Assembly (NCBI GenBank): GCA_030611945.1
Contig: JAUWOV010000003.1
Location: 1 to 42,520, forward strand
DNA from: a bacterium
GTDB lineage: Bacteria > JAHJDO01
DNA: 42,520 nt
Direction of reading: 5' to 3'
Below, in pieces: positions 29,669 to 39,057 of this stretch. The position numbers and the translations under genes were made by a program. A model generated the notes under the pieces. That model was not told where the DNA came from and did not search any database. It worked only from the letters and a program-made list of their open reading frames with translations. How positions within the stretch are numbered: the stretch's first letter is position 1; every line of letters begins with the position of its first letter.

Positions 29669-30532
29669 GTGGTAAAACTGAAACAAGAACTAAATATGGC
29701 TGAGTTAAAAAATAAAGCTCTGAATTTTGATAAGGCAGAGACGAGAGATGTGCATGTTATTAAGGATGAAAACAACTATCTCTGCAAAAGGACAATGGCT
29801 GTATGGAACATTAGCAAGAATGTATTAGCGTGCCTTGCTCCAAAAAATTATGCAGTTATTCAGCATAAGCATGCAACAGAATCTATTATAGGAGCAATAA
29901 CCAGCCTAAATATCAAGGCAGCAGCAAAACTAAAAACATCAAAGCACGGCATACATATTGACTTTGATTTCCCGGAGTCTAAGTTTGAGTTAAAAACTGT
30001 GGGGGAATCATACACAACAGGTATACGCATTGTAAGCGATTATTCAAAAGTAGCTGGCCTTGTAATCAGCCCAAGGGTAACCAGACTGGCATGCTCAAAT
30101 GGAATGATAGTTACAGACATAGTGAAATCCCAGAGAATAAAATATACAGAACAGCTGACAATAACAGTAGAAGGTCTAATTGACAAGATGGTAAAGGATA
30201 TAATCACAAATGATGAGAAACTAGCCAATATGGTAAGTATTTGTATGGAAGACAGCACAGAATGGAACGCTGTAAAGTTATTGTTAAAAATGATGTTTAA
30301 AAAGAAGAAATATGCCAAAGAGATTTTTAATAACTTAGATATCAGTAAAAAAAGAGTTACCAGGTGGGATCTTTATAATGCAGTAACTAATTTTGCGACA
30401 CACGGGGAAAGATTAAAACCGCATATGGAAGCATGGCTGCAAAATAAGGCAAATGAGATAATGAAGACTTCTTTTAACGAGCTGTCGGAAATCAACAAGC
30501 CTGTGAAAAAGACTGTTGCTCAGACAGCCTGA
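29669..30532 (+). CDS. DUF932/DUF945-like protein
   Basis: Y.VIQH, RLACSNGM and TRWDLYNAVTNFATH. Confidence 0.8.
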   Translation: MVKLKQELNMAELKNKALNFDKAETRDVHVIKDENNYLCKRTMAVWNISKNVLACLAPKNYAVIQHKHATESIIGAITSLNIKAAAKLKTSKHGIHIDFDFPESKFELKTVGESYTTGIRIVSDYSKVAGLVISPRVTRLACSNGMIVTDIVKSQRIKYTEQLTITVEGLIDKMVKDIITNDEKLANMVSICMEDSTEWNAVKLLLKMMFKKKKYAKEIFNNLDISKKRVTRWDLYNAVTNFATHGERLKPHMEAWLQNKANEIMKTSFNELSEINKPVKKTVAQTA

Positions 30533-30552
30533 TTTTTTATTTTTTCCTTAAA

Positions 30553-31242
30553 ATGGTAACAGATATTACAACTCCTGGTTGTCAAACACAGCTTTTTGAT
30601 TTTGAGAAGCACTATGTTACCCCATCAAAATCCCTGCCCTCTTCTTTTCAGATAAAAGTTGAACCAAAGCATGATATGGCAAAAAGCCAAAGTTGTGTAA
30701 AGGAACTGGCAAAATACCTAAGGAAAGTTAACTATAGCTTTACAAGATTTCTTGATATTTCCTTAGCAGCAATTGAAGGCAAGGAAGAAGATTATATGAA
30801 ATTAATAAATGGCTTAGAAAAAGATGAATTACATGATTACACAAAGGCATTGGGAGTTTTAATGGGGTTTTTCATGGAAGGATATTATGATGATATTTTA
30901 GGGATGTATTATCCTTCTTATGAAGGAAAACTCGGCAATGGTTATTTTTCAACGCCCTTTCATATTTCTTGTTGCATGGCAGAAATTTCAGATATCAAAC
31001 CGACAGATACTCTCAATGATCCATGTTGCGGAAGCGGAAGTTTCCTGCTTGCAGCTAAGTTTGTGATTCACAAAAAATATGGATGGAAAGAAAGCTGTTA
31101 TTATATTTCAAAGATGACTGCAATTGATATCGGAGCAACACAGGTTAAGATGTGCAAATTGCAGCTTTTACTTTCAAATTACTTATACATGATATCACGC
31201 GCTTATGATGTTGTTATGAAAGCTAAATCTTTGGTTAAATAG
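30553..31242 (+). CDS. N-6 DNA methylase-like SAM-binding protein lacking motif IV
   Basis: DILG.YY, GYFSTP, NDPCCGSGSFL and AIDI; no NPPY/F. Confidence 0.75.
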   Translation: MVTDITTPGCQTQLFDFEKHYVTPSKSLPSSFQIKVEPKHDMAKSQSCVKELAKYLRKVNYSFTRFLDISLAAIEGKEEDYMKLINGLEKDELHDYTKALGVLMGFFMEGYYDDILGMYYPSYEGKLGNGYFSTPFHISCCMAEISDIKPTDTLNDPCCGSGSFLLAAKFVIHKKYGWKESCYYISKMTAIDIGATQVKMCKLQLLLSNYLYMISRAYDVVMKAKSLVK

Positions 31243-31292
31243 ATTTTTTTCTTATTATATACAGAAAAAAATTATCATTGAGGTGATATAAA

Positions 31293-31478
31293 ATGAAAGG
31301 ATACATCGCCTGGGACCAAAAAGGAAATCCCCTGTTTGCTATTATAGATATAAATGCAGATACTGACAAGCATACAGCAATCAACAAAGGAAATTTAACT
31401 ATTAGCAATTTAGATGTTGATAATACAAGTGAAGAGGAACTTATTATAGAAAATGACAAAATAAGAGAAGTGATATAA
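31293..31478 (+). CDS. Hypothetical protein
   Basis: GAGGTGA SD. Confidence 0.6.
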   Translation: MKGYIAWDQKGNPLFAIIDINADTDKHTAINKGNLTISNLDVDNTSEEELIIENDKIREVI

Positions 31479-31649
31479 ATGGCTTTTACAGATAAAGATA
31501 AAAACAGAATGGCTGAATTAGAAACAAAAGCCAAGGAGAAATATATAGAGAATACTGACTGGGATGCAGTTATTGAGATGTTGGATGAAGGCGAGCAAAA
31601 GGAATACTGGAAATTAAAGAAAAAGATGGATAAAGAATATAATCTATAA
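31479..31649 (+). CDS. 56-aa hypothetical protein (not in ORF track)
   Basis: MAFTDKDKNRMAELE...; abuts the previous stop. Confidence 0.6.
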   Translation: MAFTDKDKNRMAELETKAKEKYIENTDWDAVIEMLDEGEQKEYWKLKKKMDKEYNL

Positions 31650-31666
31650 AAAGAGGCGCATATAAA

Positions 31667-33535
31667 ATGGACAATATAGACAAGCAGATTGAAACGCTTA
31701 AAGTTCTAAACAAGGTAGACAATCTGAATTTAACTGATGAGCATTACGGCATATTAAAAGAAAAGGCAGTAAAATTCTACAATGATTACAAAGAGACTGG
31801 CGTGAACATAACAATTAATGTTTCACTGGATAATAAGCATGTATTCAGGATTTCCATATATGATAAAAAATCCATTTCAATAAGATATAACCGGCAACAA
31901 GAGGGATGCTCAGAAGAAATATATTCTATAAGGAATGTTGACTTGCTGTTTAAGCCAACACCCATGGAATTAAAGCATATTTCAAATCTTAGTTCTGATA
32001 TAACTTACCGGGATAAAAAAACATATAAAAATACAGTTCATTTTGTAAACAGCAGGCTAAAACATATAGTGGAATTAAGAGTAGACGAAAATCAAATCGA
32101 TTCTCTGTTCTGGCTGTTTAGAGAGGAAAAAGCAGATATAATAAAAATAGATGACGAAAGCAGATTGAATGTAATTACGCACGTGTTTGAAAAGAAGAAT
32201 AAGAGGTATTATCTTGCTAAAGACTATTCTTACTATAAAGTGCATGTAATAACCCCTGAAGATGAAAAATACAATTACATAGATAAAGGCAGGTTGTTTC
32301 ATCGTGACATTTTCTTTGAAGGCATGGAGCTTTACGAAATAGAGGATGATGTTCTAACTAAAATAATAAATGAAACCAATAATTTTGCAATTATAACCCC
32401 TCAAAGATACAGTACATATAAAGCAATGGTTGAAGAGGAGAAAAGGCAGAAGGAAATAAACGAGCATTATGTTGATGCCATAAAAAACCGATTAGACCAG
32501 GGGTTTGAACAGGATGGAATAAAGTTTAGAAAACACTCAATAGAGTATGCCGGATTAAGGATTGAAAGCGAAGCTCTGGATATAGAGGAATTAGTAAACA
32601 GCATAAACTTTGACCAGAATCTTGACTTTAATAATATCTTCAATCAAGTATGTTCAATAATAACTGATAGATTATTCCCCGACAAATATAAAAACATGGT
32701 TATTCACCTTGGCTCTTTTCCTGTAAGGCTGGATGTTGAAACAAAAAGAAACGGGAAATCAGTTCAAAGACTAATCAATAATGCTGAACAAAAACAGGTT
32801 AAAACAACAATAACCAATAAATATCTTGTTGACAACATAAGAATAAACAAGTCAGAGATAAAGGAAGTCATCAGGAGAGCGATCTGCTTCAGAAAAAGGT
32901 ATGATTATGATGTTTTTCTTAAGTCAGTCAGCACTATGTCTATAAAGCTGCATTACTTTCTCGCCAATGGTGTAAAGATATCTTACACTAAAAATGATAA
33001 ACTTTTAACAATGAAATTGAATCTTGTTAGAAGAGACAATAAAAATTATGTTGCTGTAAAAGATAAATTCCACAAGGTTAAGAACAGCAACCAGCTGTTT
33101 GCAGCAAGTTGTGATCCATTATATTCAAGAGGCTACAGGAATCATAACTTCCAGGCTCTTGTAAAAATGCTTATAGATTTTTTTGAAATCAAGGCAGATG
33201 ATGTCATAACCATGATGGAAGAGAGCTTAAAGGCCTACAAAGAGGCAGAAGAAAGGGCAAAGAAATTGCTAAATGAAACTATGAAGAAACTGGATATCAA
33301 AGAGGTTACAATTAAAGATAAAGAAGGATTTAAAATAAAGGGGAAATCCGGCAAAGAGTATTTTGTGGAGAGAAAAACAAATGGTGTTTACGAGCTTCCT
33401 GCCATGAAATATATCTGTATCGTGGAAACCAGCATGGACAACAATTTCAAGTCAGATAAGCTGGTAACATATTTCTATGCTTTAAAAAATGATTCCTATC
33501 TGGCAAGCGATATCTACACTCTGAATGTCAATTAA
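31667..33535 (+). CDS. 622-aa hypothetical protein with a C-terminal Cys-containing domain
   Basis: Long ORF with GAGG SD; C-terminus IKGKSGKEY.V...VY....YICIV...DKLV....ALKND. Confidence 0.85.
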   Translation: MDNIDKQIETLKVLNKVDNLNLTDEHYGILKEKAVKFYNDYKETGVNITINVSLDNKHVFRISIYDKKSISIRYNRQQEGCSEEIYSIRNVDLLFKPTPMELKHISNLSSDITYRDKKTYKNTVHFVNSRLKHIVELRVDENQIDSLFWLFREEKADIIKIDDESRLNVITHVFEKKNKRYYLAKDYSYYKVHVITPEDEKYNYIDKGRLFHRDIFFEGMELYEIEDDVLTKIINETNNFAIITPQRYSTYKAMVEEEKRQKEINEHYVDAIKNRLDQGFEQDGIKFRKHSIEYAGLRIESEALDIEELVNSINFDQNLDFNNIFNQVCSIITDRLFPDKYKNMVIHLGSFPVRLDVETKRNGKSVQRLINNAEQKQVKTTITNKYLVDNIRINKSEIKEVIRRAICFRKRYDYDVFLKSVSTMSIKLHYFLANGVKISYTKNDKLLTMKLNLVRRDNKNYVAVKDKFHKVKNSNQLFAASCDPLYSRGYRNHNFQALVKMLIDFFEIKADDVITMMEESLKAYKEAEERAKKLLNETMKKLDIKEVTIKDKEGFKIKGKSGKEYFVERKTNGVYELPAMKYICIVETSMDNNFKSDKLVTYFYALKNDSYLASDIYTLNVN

Positions 33536-33593
33536 GATTTTTTCTTTTTTTGGGAAAAAATCTTTTCTCTATAAATATGTGAGGTGTACTAAA

Positions 33594-33806
33594 ATGGTAA
33601 AATTTAGAATTTTAGATGACAAAGGCGATACTGTGTTGGAACTGCAACCAGAGGAAACAATGGAAAAGATGAGGCAGGAGGCAGAAAGAGGCAGATGGCT
33701 CTATCTTAACGGCGAGGTTGTGAATATAGACCACGTTACTATGGAAGACATTAATAAAGCAAATGAAATAGTTTCAACACCAATGCTGAAAGGGGGTTCT
33801 TTATAG
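33594..33806 (+). CDS. Ubiquitin-like (ThiS/SAMP-type) protein ending GG-SL
   Basis: 70 aa; WLYLNGE.V...I..TPMLKGG is a ThiS/MoaD-like pattern; GAGGTG SD before ATG 33594. Confidence 0.8.
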   Translation: MVKFRILDDKGDTVLELQPEETMEKMRQEAERGRWLYLNGEVVNIDHVTMEDINKANEIVSTPMLKGGSL

Positions 33807-33819
33807 AACCCTTTTAAAA

Positions 33820-34185
33820 ATGATAAATATCCTGAAAGAGATAGAAAGGATTTCAGAAACAAGCGATAAGGAAGTGTGCGGAATAGTAACAGAGGAAGAC
33901 GGCAGAGCAAAGGTAACAGAGTTGAAGAATGTTTCAGACAACGAAGAGATTTGCTTTATAGCTGACCAAAGGCAGTTTTTTGATGCAATAAAAAAAACCT
34001 CTTTTTATGATAAAAGCAGGAGAAGCAATATAGTGTGTTTTTTCCATTCTCATATTCATAAGAATGAAACGCCTTCCGCAACTGACATGAAATACAGGTT
34101 GAAAAATATTCTTCATATCATATACAGCCTGACAACAAAAAGATTCTTTTTGCTGTATCCAGAAGGTGGTAGAAATGCTGAATAA
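33820..34185 (+). CDS. JAB/MPN+ metallopeptidase
   Basis: EVCG...FHSH-x7-S-x2-D. Confidence 0.9.
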   Translation: MINILKEIERISETSDKEVCGIVTEEDGRAKVTELKNVSDNEEICFIADQRQFFDAIKKTSFYDKSRRSNIVCFFHSHIHKNETPSATDMKYRLKNILHIIYSLTTKRFFLLYPEGGRNAE

Positions 34186-34423
34186 TTCAGTTACAACCAA
34201 AATCAAGGACAAAGGCAATGATGCTTCTAATATTTCCATTTATTTAAACAATAATGCAGCTTATCCTAACATTGAGATAGAGATTGAAAGGAGAAAGGTA
34301 TTTGAAACACTCGCTAATAAAGATTTAATTGTTGCTTCCTTAAACAAAAAATTAACTGAAATGATTCAGATGTATTTGGAAGCTCAGGCAAAAAAAGAAA
34401 AAGAGGTGCGGGAAAATGTATAA
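34175..34423 (+). CDS. Small hypothetical protein in the Ubl cassette
   Basis: Overlaps both JAB and E1 genes; AGGTGG SD. Confidence 0.7.
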   Translation: MLNNSVTTKIKDKGNDASNISIYLNNNAAYPNIEIEIERRKVFETLANKDLIVASLNKKLTEMIQMYLEAQAKKEKEVRENV

Positions 34424-35015
34424 GAAAATTCTGATTTTAGGAGCAGGAGGCATTGGCTCTATGTTTAGTTCAAGGATATATGATTTAGTTATTAAAAGAC
34501 AGATAAACATTAATGACAGCGAGTTTTTTATTGCTGATAATGATAATGTAAAGCTGGAGAATATACAAAATAACCAGAAATTTGACAAAGAGGATTTGAT
34601 GATGAATAAGGCAGAAGCAATAGCGAAAAAGCACGGCTTTGTTGCTATAAAAAAGAAAATAGAAACAGAGGAAGAGTTAAAAGATTATGATGTCTTTGTA
34701 ATCTGCGTTGATAATAAAAAGGCAAGAGAGCTTATTTTCAATTACTGCAATAAAAATCCTGATAAATATTTTATTGATCTGCGTGCTGAAGGCAGGGGAG
34801 TAGCTGCATTTACAACATGCAAAGAAAACACTATAGAAAAATTATTAAAAACATTGCCGGATGATGATGAAAGCGGCTCTTGCCAAAGAAAGGCTGATAA
34901 AGAGCAAGGCATTTTCCAGTTAGGCAGCGTTATTATTGCAGAGATAGGCGCTCAACTCTTGCTTAATAATTTAAGAGAAGAAATAAACCCGCCAAAATTT
35001 ATCCAGATGTTTTAA
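34416..35015 (+). CDS. Minimal ThiF/E1-like adenylyltransferase
   Basis: ILGAGGIGS, DNDNV..ENI..Q.F, NKA, CVDN..AR, IDLR and GSCQ; no CxxC pairs. Confidence 0.9.
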   Translation: MYKKILILGAGGIGSMFSSRIYDLVIKRQININDSEFFIADNDNVKLENIQNNQKFDKEDLMMNKAEAIAKKHGFVAIKKKIETEEELKDYDVFVICVDNKKARELIFNYCNKNPDKYFIDLRAEGRGVAAFTTCKENTIEKLLKTLPDDDESGSCQRKADKEQGIFQLGSVIIAEIGAQLLLNNLREEINPPKFIQMF

Positions 35016-35056
35016 AGGCTAAAGAGCAGGAAAGTAATTCTAAAAGAGGTGCTCCC

Positions 35057-35218
35057 ATGAAAATACCATCATTAAAAGAGCAGGTTTTTGGAAATGATCT
35101 GAATGAAAGGCTGAACAAAAGCAGGGGAAACCTTAATAATGAAATCAGGCAGAAATGCATGGAATTATTGAAAAAGAAAAGGGAAGGCAAGCCAATAGAA
35201 AATAAAATTATGGTTTAA
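35057..35218 (+). CDS. 53-aa basic protein (not in ORF track)
   Basis: GAGGTG SD; MKIPSLKEQVF... Confidence 0.5.
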   Translation: MKIPSLKEQVFGNDLNERLNKSRGNLNNEIRQKCMELLKKKREGKPIENKIMV

Positions 35219-35411
35219 AACTAAAATATTAAGGCAGTTAAAATGGCATCACAGACTGGAGTTGATAATATAACACCTGCCCTTTGCCACCCAGGATAAT
35301 CTTCTATTTCAGCGAGTATGAACTCATCTCCCATAAGATGAATAAGTTTACCAGCTATTTTACTTAATTTAATTGGTAATTCTATAAGTATATTCTCAAA
35401 TTATTGTCTTT

Positions 35412-36510
35412 TTACCTACTACAATATCGGTCTTTTTTAAAACGAATTTCTTTGATTAATTTTTCTAATTCTTTATTTCTATTGTTGATATTACGCATAT
35501 CTAAAGCTTTTCTATCTTTTAAACGTAAAGGAAGTATTTTTTTCATATTTCCTTCAATAACAATAGGAATTATTCTATCTTTATCTTTAGAAGATAAATT
35601 TGAAAGAGCTTGTTCAACTTCTTGTCTTACCCAATCTGACTTTCTTATATTATTTGAAACAATAACTAAAGTTAACAGACTATTTTTAATAGCTTTTATA
35701 ATTGAGGATTCTAGTATTTCACCCAAATGAAGGTCATTAACATCCAACCAACAATCAATTCCTGCTTTTAAAAGACCATCTCTCATCCAAGTTGCTATGT
35801 AATTATCTTTTGATGAATGACTTATAAATACATCATATTTATATTTAGACGAAAATAAATTGTTTTGCTTTGAATTAAAAAGTACAATCTCACTATTTCC
35901 ATAGTCATTGTCTTTAAATGATCTATTAAAAATAACTTCTGCAATTCTTAAATCTGCTTTATTATTTTTAAACTCATTAACAGCTTCATAACCCTTAAAT
36001 CCACAAATTTGGTCATTATCAGTTTTTAACTCAAAAGAAATTTCTTCTTTTTCATATTTTATTTGAAAAACATAGAAATAATATGTAATTCCTTTAACAA
36101 TGTTTTTTACAACACCTATAAAATTAATTGATGAGGGTTTTTATACCGCATTTAACTTCATCGTAATAATATTGTAGAATATCTTCGAAATTGTGAGGGT
36201 AAATTTTTCTATTTGGCACATAAAATGGCGAAAGAGATTGTAATATACTAAACCCTTTTGTAATTAAATGTGTATCCTTTCTTTCAATTAGAAGAACATC
36301 ATTATTTTTATTAGTTATAACAAAGCTAAATTGAATAATGTCTAGATTTCTTTTTTCTTTATCGCTTAATCTCTTACAATCTGTTGACTTAAATAGTTGA
36401 GATAGTGAAATAATTTTTTCTCTTTCGAAAAATTGAGCTATCTTTTTAGAAAATAATCGATTGTTGATTTTATGAATATATCTTTTGGGATCTGCTATTG
36501 ATTTTCTCAT
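35412..36510 (-). pseudogene. NUDIX-like + TIR fusion with a 1-bp frameshift (365 aa when repaired)
   Basis: Removing one A from ATAAAAACCC (about 36136-36145) joins 36124..36510 to an open frame reading ...YDVFISHSSKD...WLD...SDWVRQE. Confidence 0.8.
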
Positions 36511-37013
36511 AGTTCTACTTCTTTTATATATAAAAGACCAACACTAATTATTGTATACTCACTTCCATTTTAATATTACCACCATACCTCAAATTGCTTA
36601 AAACCTCAACAAAAATAGACACAAAAAGCCAATCAGATGAAACCCCTTTGGTTTCAAGCTTCCCGCAATTAGGACAAGATGCCAAAACTCCTTCACTCTG
36701 TTCACTGGCAGGCTTTTGTAAACGTTTGTATAACTTATATAGTTGCAAAATCTGAGCAGTTCACGAGTTCAGCAAGTTTTGCTCGAGGGGGCGCGAACAG
36801 GGAACTCTTCCTTTATAAAATTTCCCCCTTTTCCTATTATTTAGAGTTATTTATAACGGAAAAGGGTCGGGGACGATACCCCTAAAACTTTATAAATCCA
36901 GCCTCCCCCGTTCCTCCCCGCTCTGAGTCTTGTCTATACTTCTATTCTCAGCCACTTCACAAGAATGAGAAGTGGCTTTCAACAATTAGATTGAGAGGCG
37001 CGAGGTAAATAAA

Positions 37014-37706
37014 ATGATAGGTAGAATGGAATGGACAGATTGGGATAAATTGGAAACATCAGAAGATAGGATGCAGCAGGATGAGCTGGAAAATAACTTA
37101 GAAACATTTGACAGGGATGAGCTTCCTGTAAGCCCTACAATAAAGGTTATAAAAAAATACTCTGAGGATTCAACACTTCCAGACTTAAGTCCGGAGGAAT
37201 TGCTTGACTGGCAGGAAATGGCATATCAGTTGTTTAAAAAGGATTATGAGGCAGTAGCTGATTTGGGCAGGATAAAAACAAAGGCAAGGTTAATAGTAAA
37301 AAGTCTCAAAATAGAAGAAACAGAATACATTGATTCACACAATGAAAAAAGGACAAAATTCAGATACATCGGCGACATTAAGTATAAAATTTACACAGTA
37401 AAGCAGGAGCAAAAAGCGCCGGATTACAGAAACTTTGAAAAAATAAATGGAGTCGAGGTTGATATATCAGCATTCAATACAATTGATTTCAAAAGGCAGA
37501 TGCAGATGCCAAGATTCAACAAATTCGGCTACAAGATAGGAAAGCTAAAAGAAAAGCTACTGGACGCAGTAATAGCATACTCTGTCTTTGTTGAAAGCAG
37601 CACGCCAAATCCAGAAAGCATAGAAAGAGCCAAGCAGAAGCTTTTAGCAATATATGATATCTGTAGAGAGGCAATACAAGACTATTATAGAAAATCTCCT
37701 TTCTGA
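37014..37706 (+). CDS. Hypothetical protein
   Basis: 230 aa; GAGGT SD. Confidence 0.8.
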   Translation: MIGRMEWTDWDKLETSEDRMQQDELENNLETFDRDELPVSPTIKVIKKYSEDSTLPDLSPEELLDWQEMAYQLFKKDYEAVADLGRIKTKARLIVKSLKIEETEYIDSHNEKRTKFRYIGDIKYKIYTVKQEQKAPDYRNFEKINGVEVDISAFNTIDFKRQMQMPRFNKFGYKIGKLKEKLLDAVIAYSVFVESSTPNPESIERAKQKLLAIYDICREAIQDYYRKSPF

Positions 37707-37788
37707 TTTTTTATTATAAAAAACTTCTTCAACATAGATGTATCAGAAGTTTTCCACACTTAGATGGATTACTTCAGAGGATATAAAA

Positions 37789-38097
37789 ATGACAGATGGA
37801 AACAAGCCAATAAAGAAGTTTAGAGCAGCAGGTGTATTAAGCGTTGCAGTATGGGAAAATACAGGAACCAGCAAGAGAACAGGAGAACCAGTGAAATTCC
37901 ACACAATATCAACAGATAGAAGATACAAAAACAAAGATGGAGAATGGAAATCAACAGGAACATTAAGGATAAACGATATACCAAAGATGGTTTTATTGTT
38001 GCAGAAAGCCTATGAATACTTTGTTTTGAAAGACACTAATAATGGAAATGGCAACAGCGAAACTATACCAGTTAATGAGGAAGAAATAGTTGTGTAA
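37789..38097 (+). CDS. PC4/SSB-like ssDNA-binding protein with acidic tail
   Basis: KP.KKFRA.....VWEN...RRYK.KDGEWKST..LR.ND.PK...LQKAYEY; tail NEEEIVV. Confidence 0.7.
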   Translation: MTDGNKPIKKFRAAGVLSVAVWENTGTSKRTGEPVKFHTISTDRRYKNKDGEWKSTGTLRINDIPKMVLLLQKAYEYFVLKDTNNGNGNSETIPVNEEEIVV

Positions 38098-38157
38098 GCT
38101 ATTTCTTTTTTTATTTTTTTGCTTTCTCTGAATCCCAATATAATAACTAATATTGAG

Positions 38158-38418
38158 GTGGTAAAAATCAATACAAACACACCAATAAAACAGGCAAATG
38201 AAGAAACAAATAAGGTTTATTGCAGGAAATGCGGAATAGAAATAGAGCTGGATATAACAAATCCCTATGATATATGTAATGGATGCTGGGAAGAAAAAAT
38301 AACCAGACCAGTAATAGAAGCAATTGAAGAGGTGGAGAAAAAGTTTAATGTGCAAATATGGGCTGAATGGGTTAATAATAAAGATAAGGAGCCTAAAAAA
38401 GTGCATAAAAATTATTAA
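38158..38418 (+). CDS. Zn-ribbon protein
   Basis: CRKCG...ICNGC; start uncertain (GTG 38158 or ATC 38167). Confidence 0.65.
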   Translation: MVKINTNTPIKQANEETNKVYCRKCGIEIELDITNPYDICNGCWEEKITRPVIEAIEEVEKKFNVQIWAEWVNNKDKEPKKVHKNY

Positions 38419-38542
38419 GAATCAATAATATCTTAAAAACTAATTAAGCCCATTAGTGTTTCTCAGGTGTTTGAATGGGCTTTAGAAGTAAAAATAGAAT
38501 CAATAAAAATCAATCTAAAATAATTTAGACAGGTGATTCAAA

Positions 38543-38857
38543 ATGTGGAAGGCATTTAACACAAAAAAAGGCAGATGGGTTGAGGGATGGATAAACTATC
38601 ATATCAGGGTTGACGCCTATATGTTTGACAAGGTAATGGTTGATAAATGGGGAAATAAAATTAAAAGGGCTTTTCCATTTGAGGAAATATCTTATAGAGT
38701 AAAAACAGGAAAGCAGTTTGTATGGCTTAACAAAGAGCAGGTTAATGATATTGTAAAGGCAGTCAATGAGCTTGAGCAGTCAGTAAAATCAAGAATGACA
38801 GAAAAAGAGGAAATTGAACTTGCAGTCAGAGAAGCGCAGAAAGGCAAGATAAGATAA
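38543..38857 (+). CDS. Hypothetical protein
   Basis: AGGTGA SD; 104 aa. Confidence 0.75.
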   Translation: MWKAFNTKKGRWVEGWINYHIRVDAYMFDKVMVDKWGNKIKRAFPFEEISYRVKTGKQFVWLNKEQVNDIVKAVNELEQSVKSRMTEKEEIELAVREAQKGKIR

Positions 38858-38895
38858 AAATTCCATATTTATGTTGTATAAAGAGGTGGTGTTAA

Positions 38896-39057
38896 ATGCT
38901 AAGAGAACTAAAAAAGGTGAAACTAAAAGGCAAATTATACTATTCGGATGCAAGACTCAAAGAATTGAGAAATATTAATAATCCAAATGACAGAATAGAG
39001 TTAAATGACTTTGAAGTTTATTTTTTTGAGAATATCTATAAAGGAGAAGATTTGTAG
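38896..39057 (+). CDS. 53-aa hypothetical protein (not in ORF track)
   Basis: MLRELKKVKLKGKLYYSDARLKELRNINNPNDRI; GAGGTGG SD. Confidence 0.65.
   Translation: MLRELKKVKLKGKLYYSDARLKELRNINNPNDRIELNDFEVYFFENIYKGEDL

Noticed and set aside
33525-33593. N-terminal extension of the Ubl in the ORF track
   Set aside because: It crosses an oligo-T tract; the SD precedes ATG 33594.
33594-35015. Thiamine or molybdopterin biosynthesis (thiS/thiF, moaD/moeB)
   Set aside because: No thiG, moaE or cysteine synthase nearby, the E1 lacks Zn motifs, and the context is a mobile element.
35231-35402. Minus-strand open stretch after the TIR gene (…DYPGWQRAGVILSTPVCD…)
   Set aside because: No good start or SD and no recognisable family; possibly a remnant.
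36548-36748. 66-aa CPNC-containing ORF
   Set aside because: TTG start, no SD, overlaps the structured region; cannot be supported.
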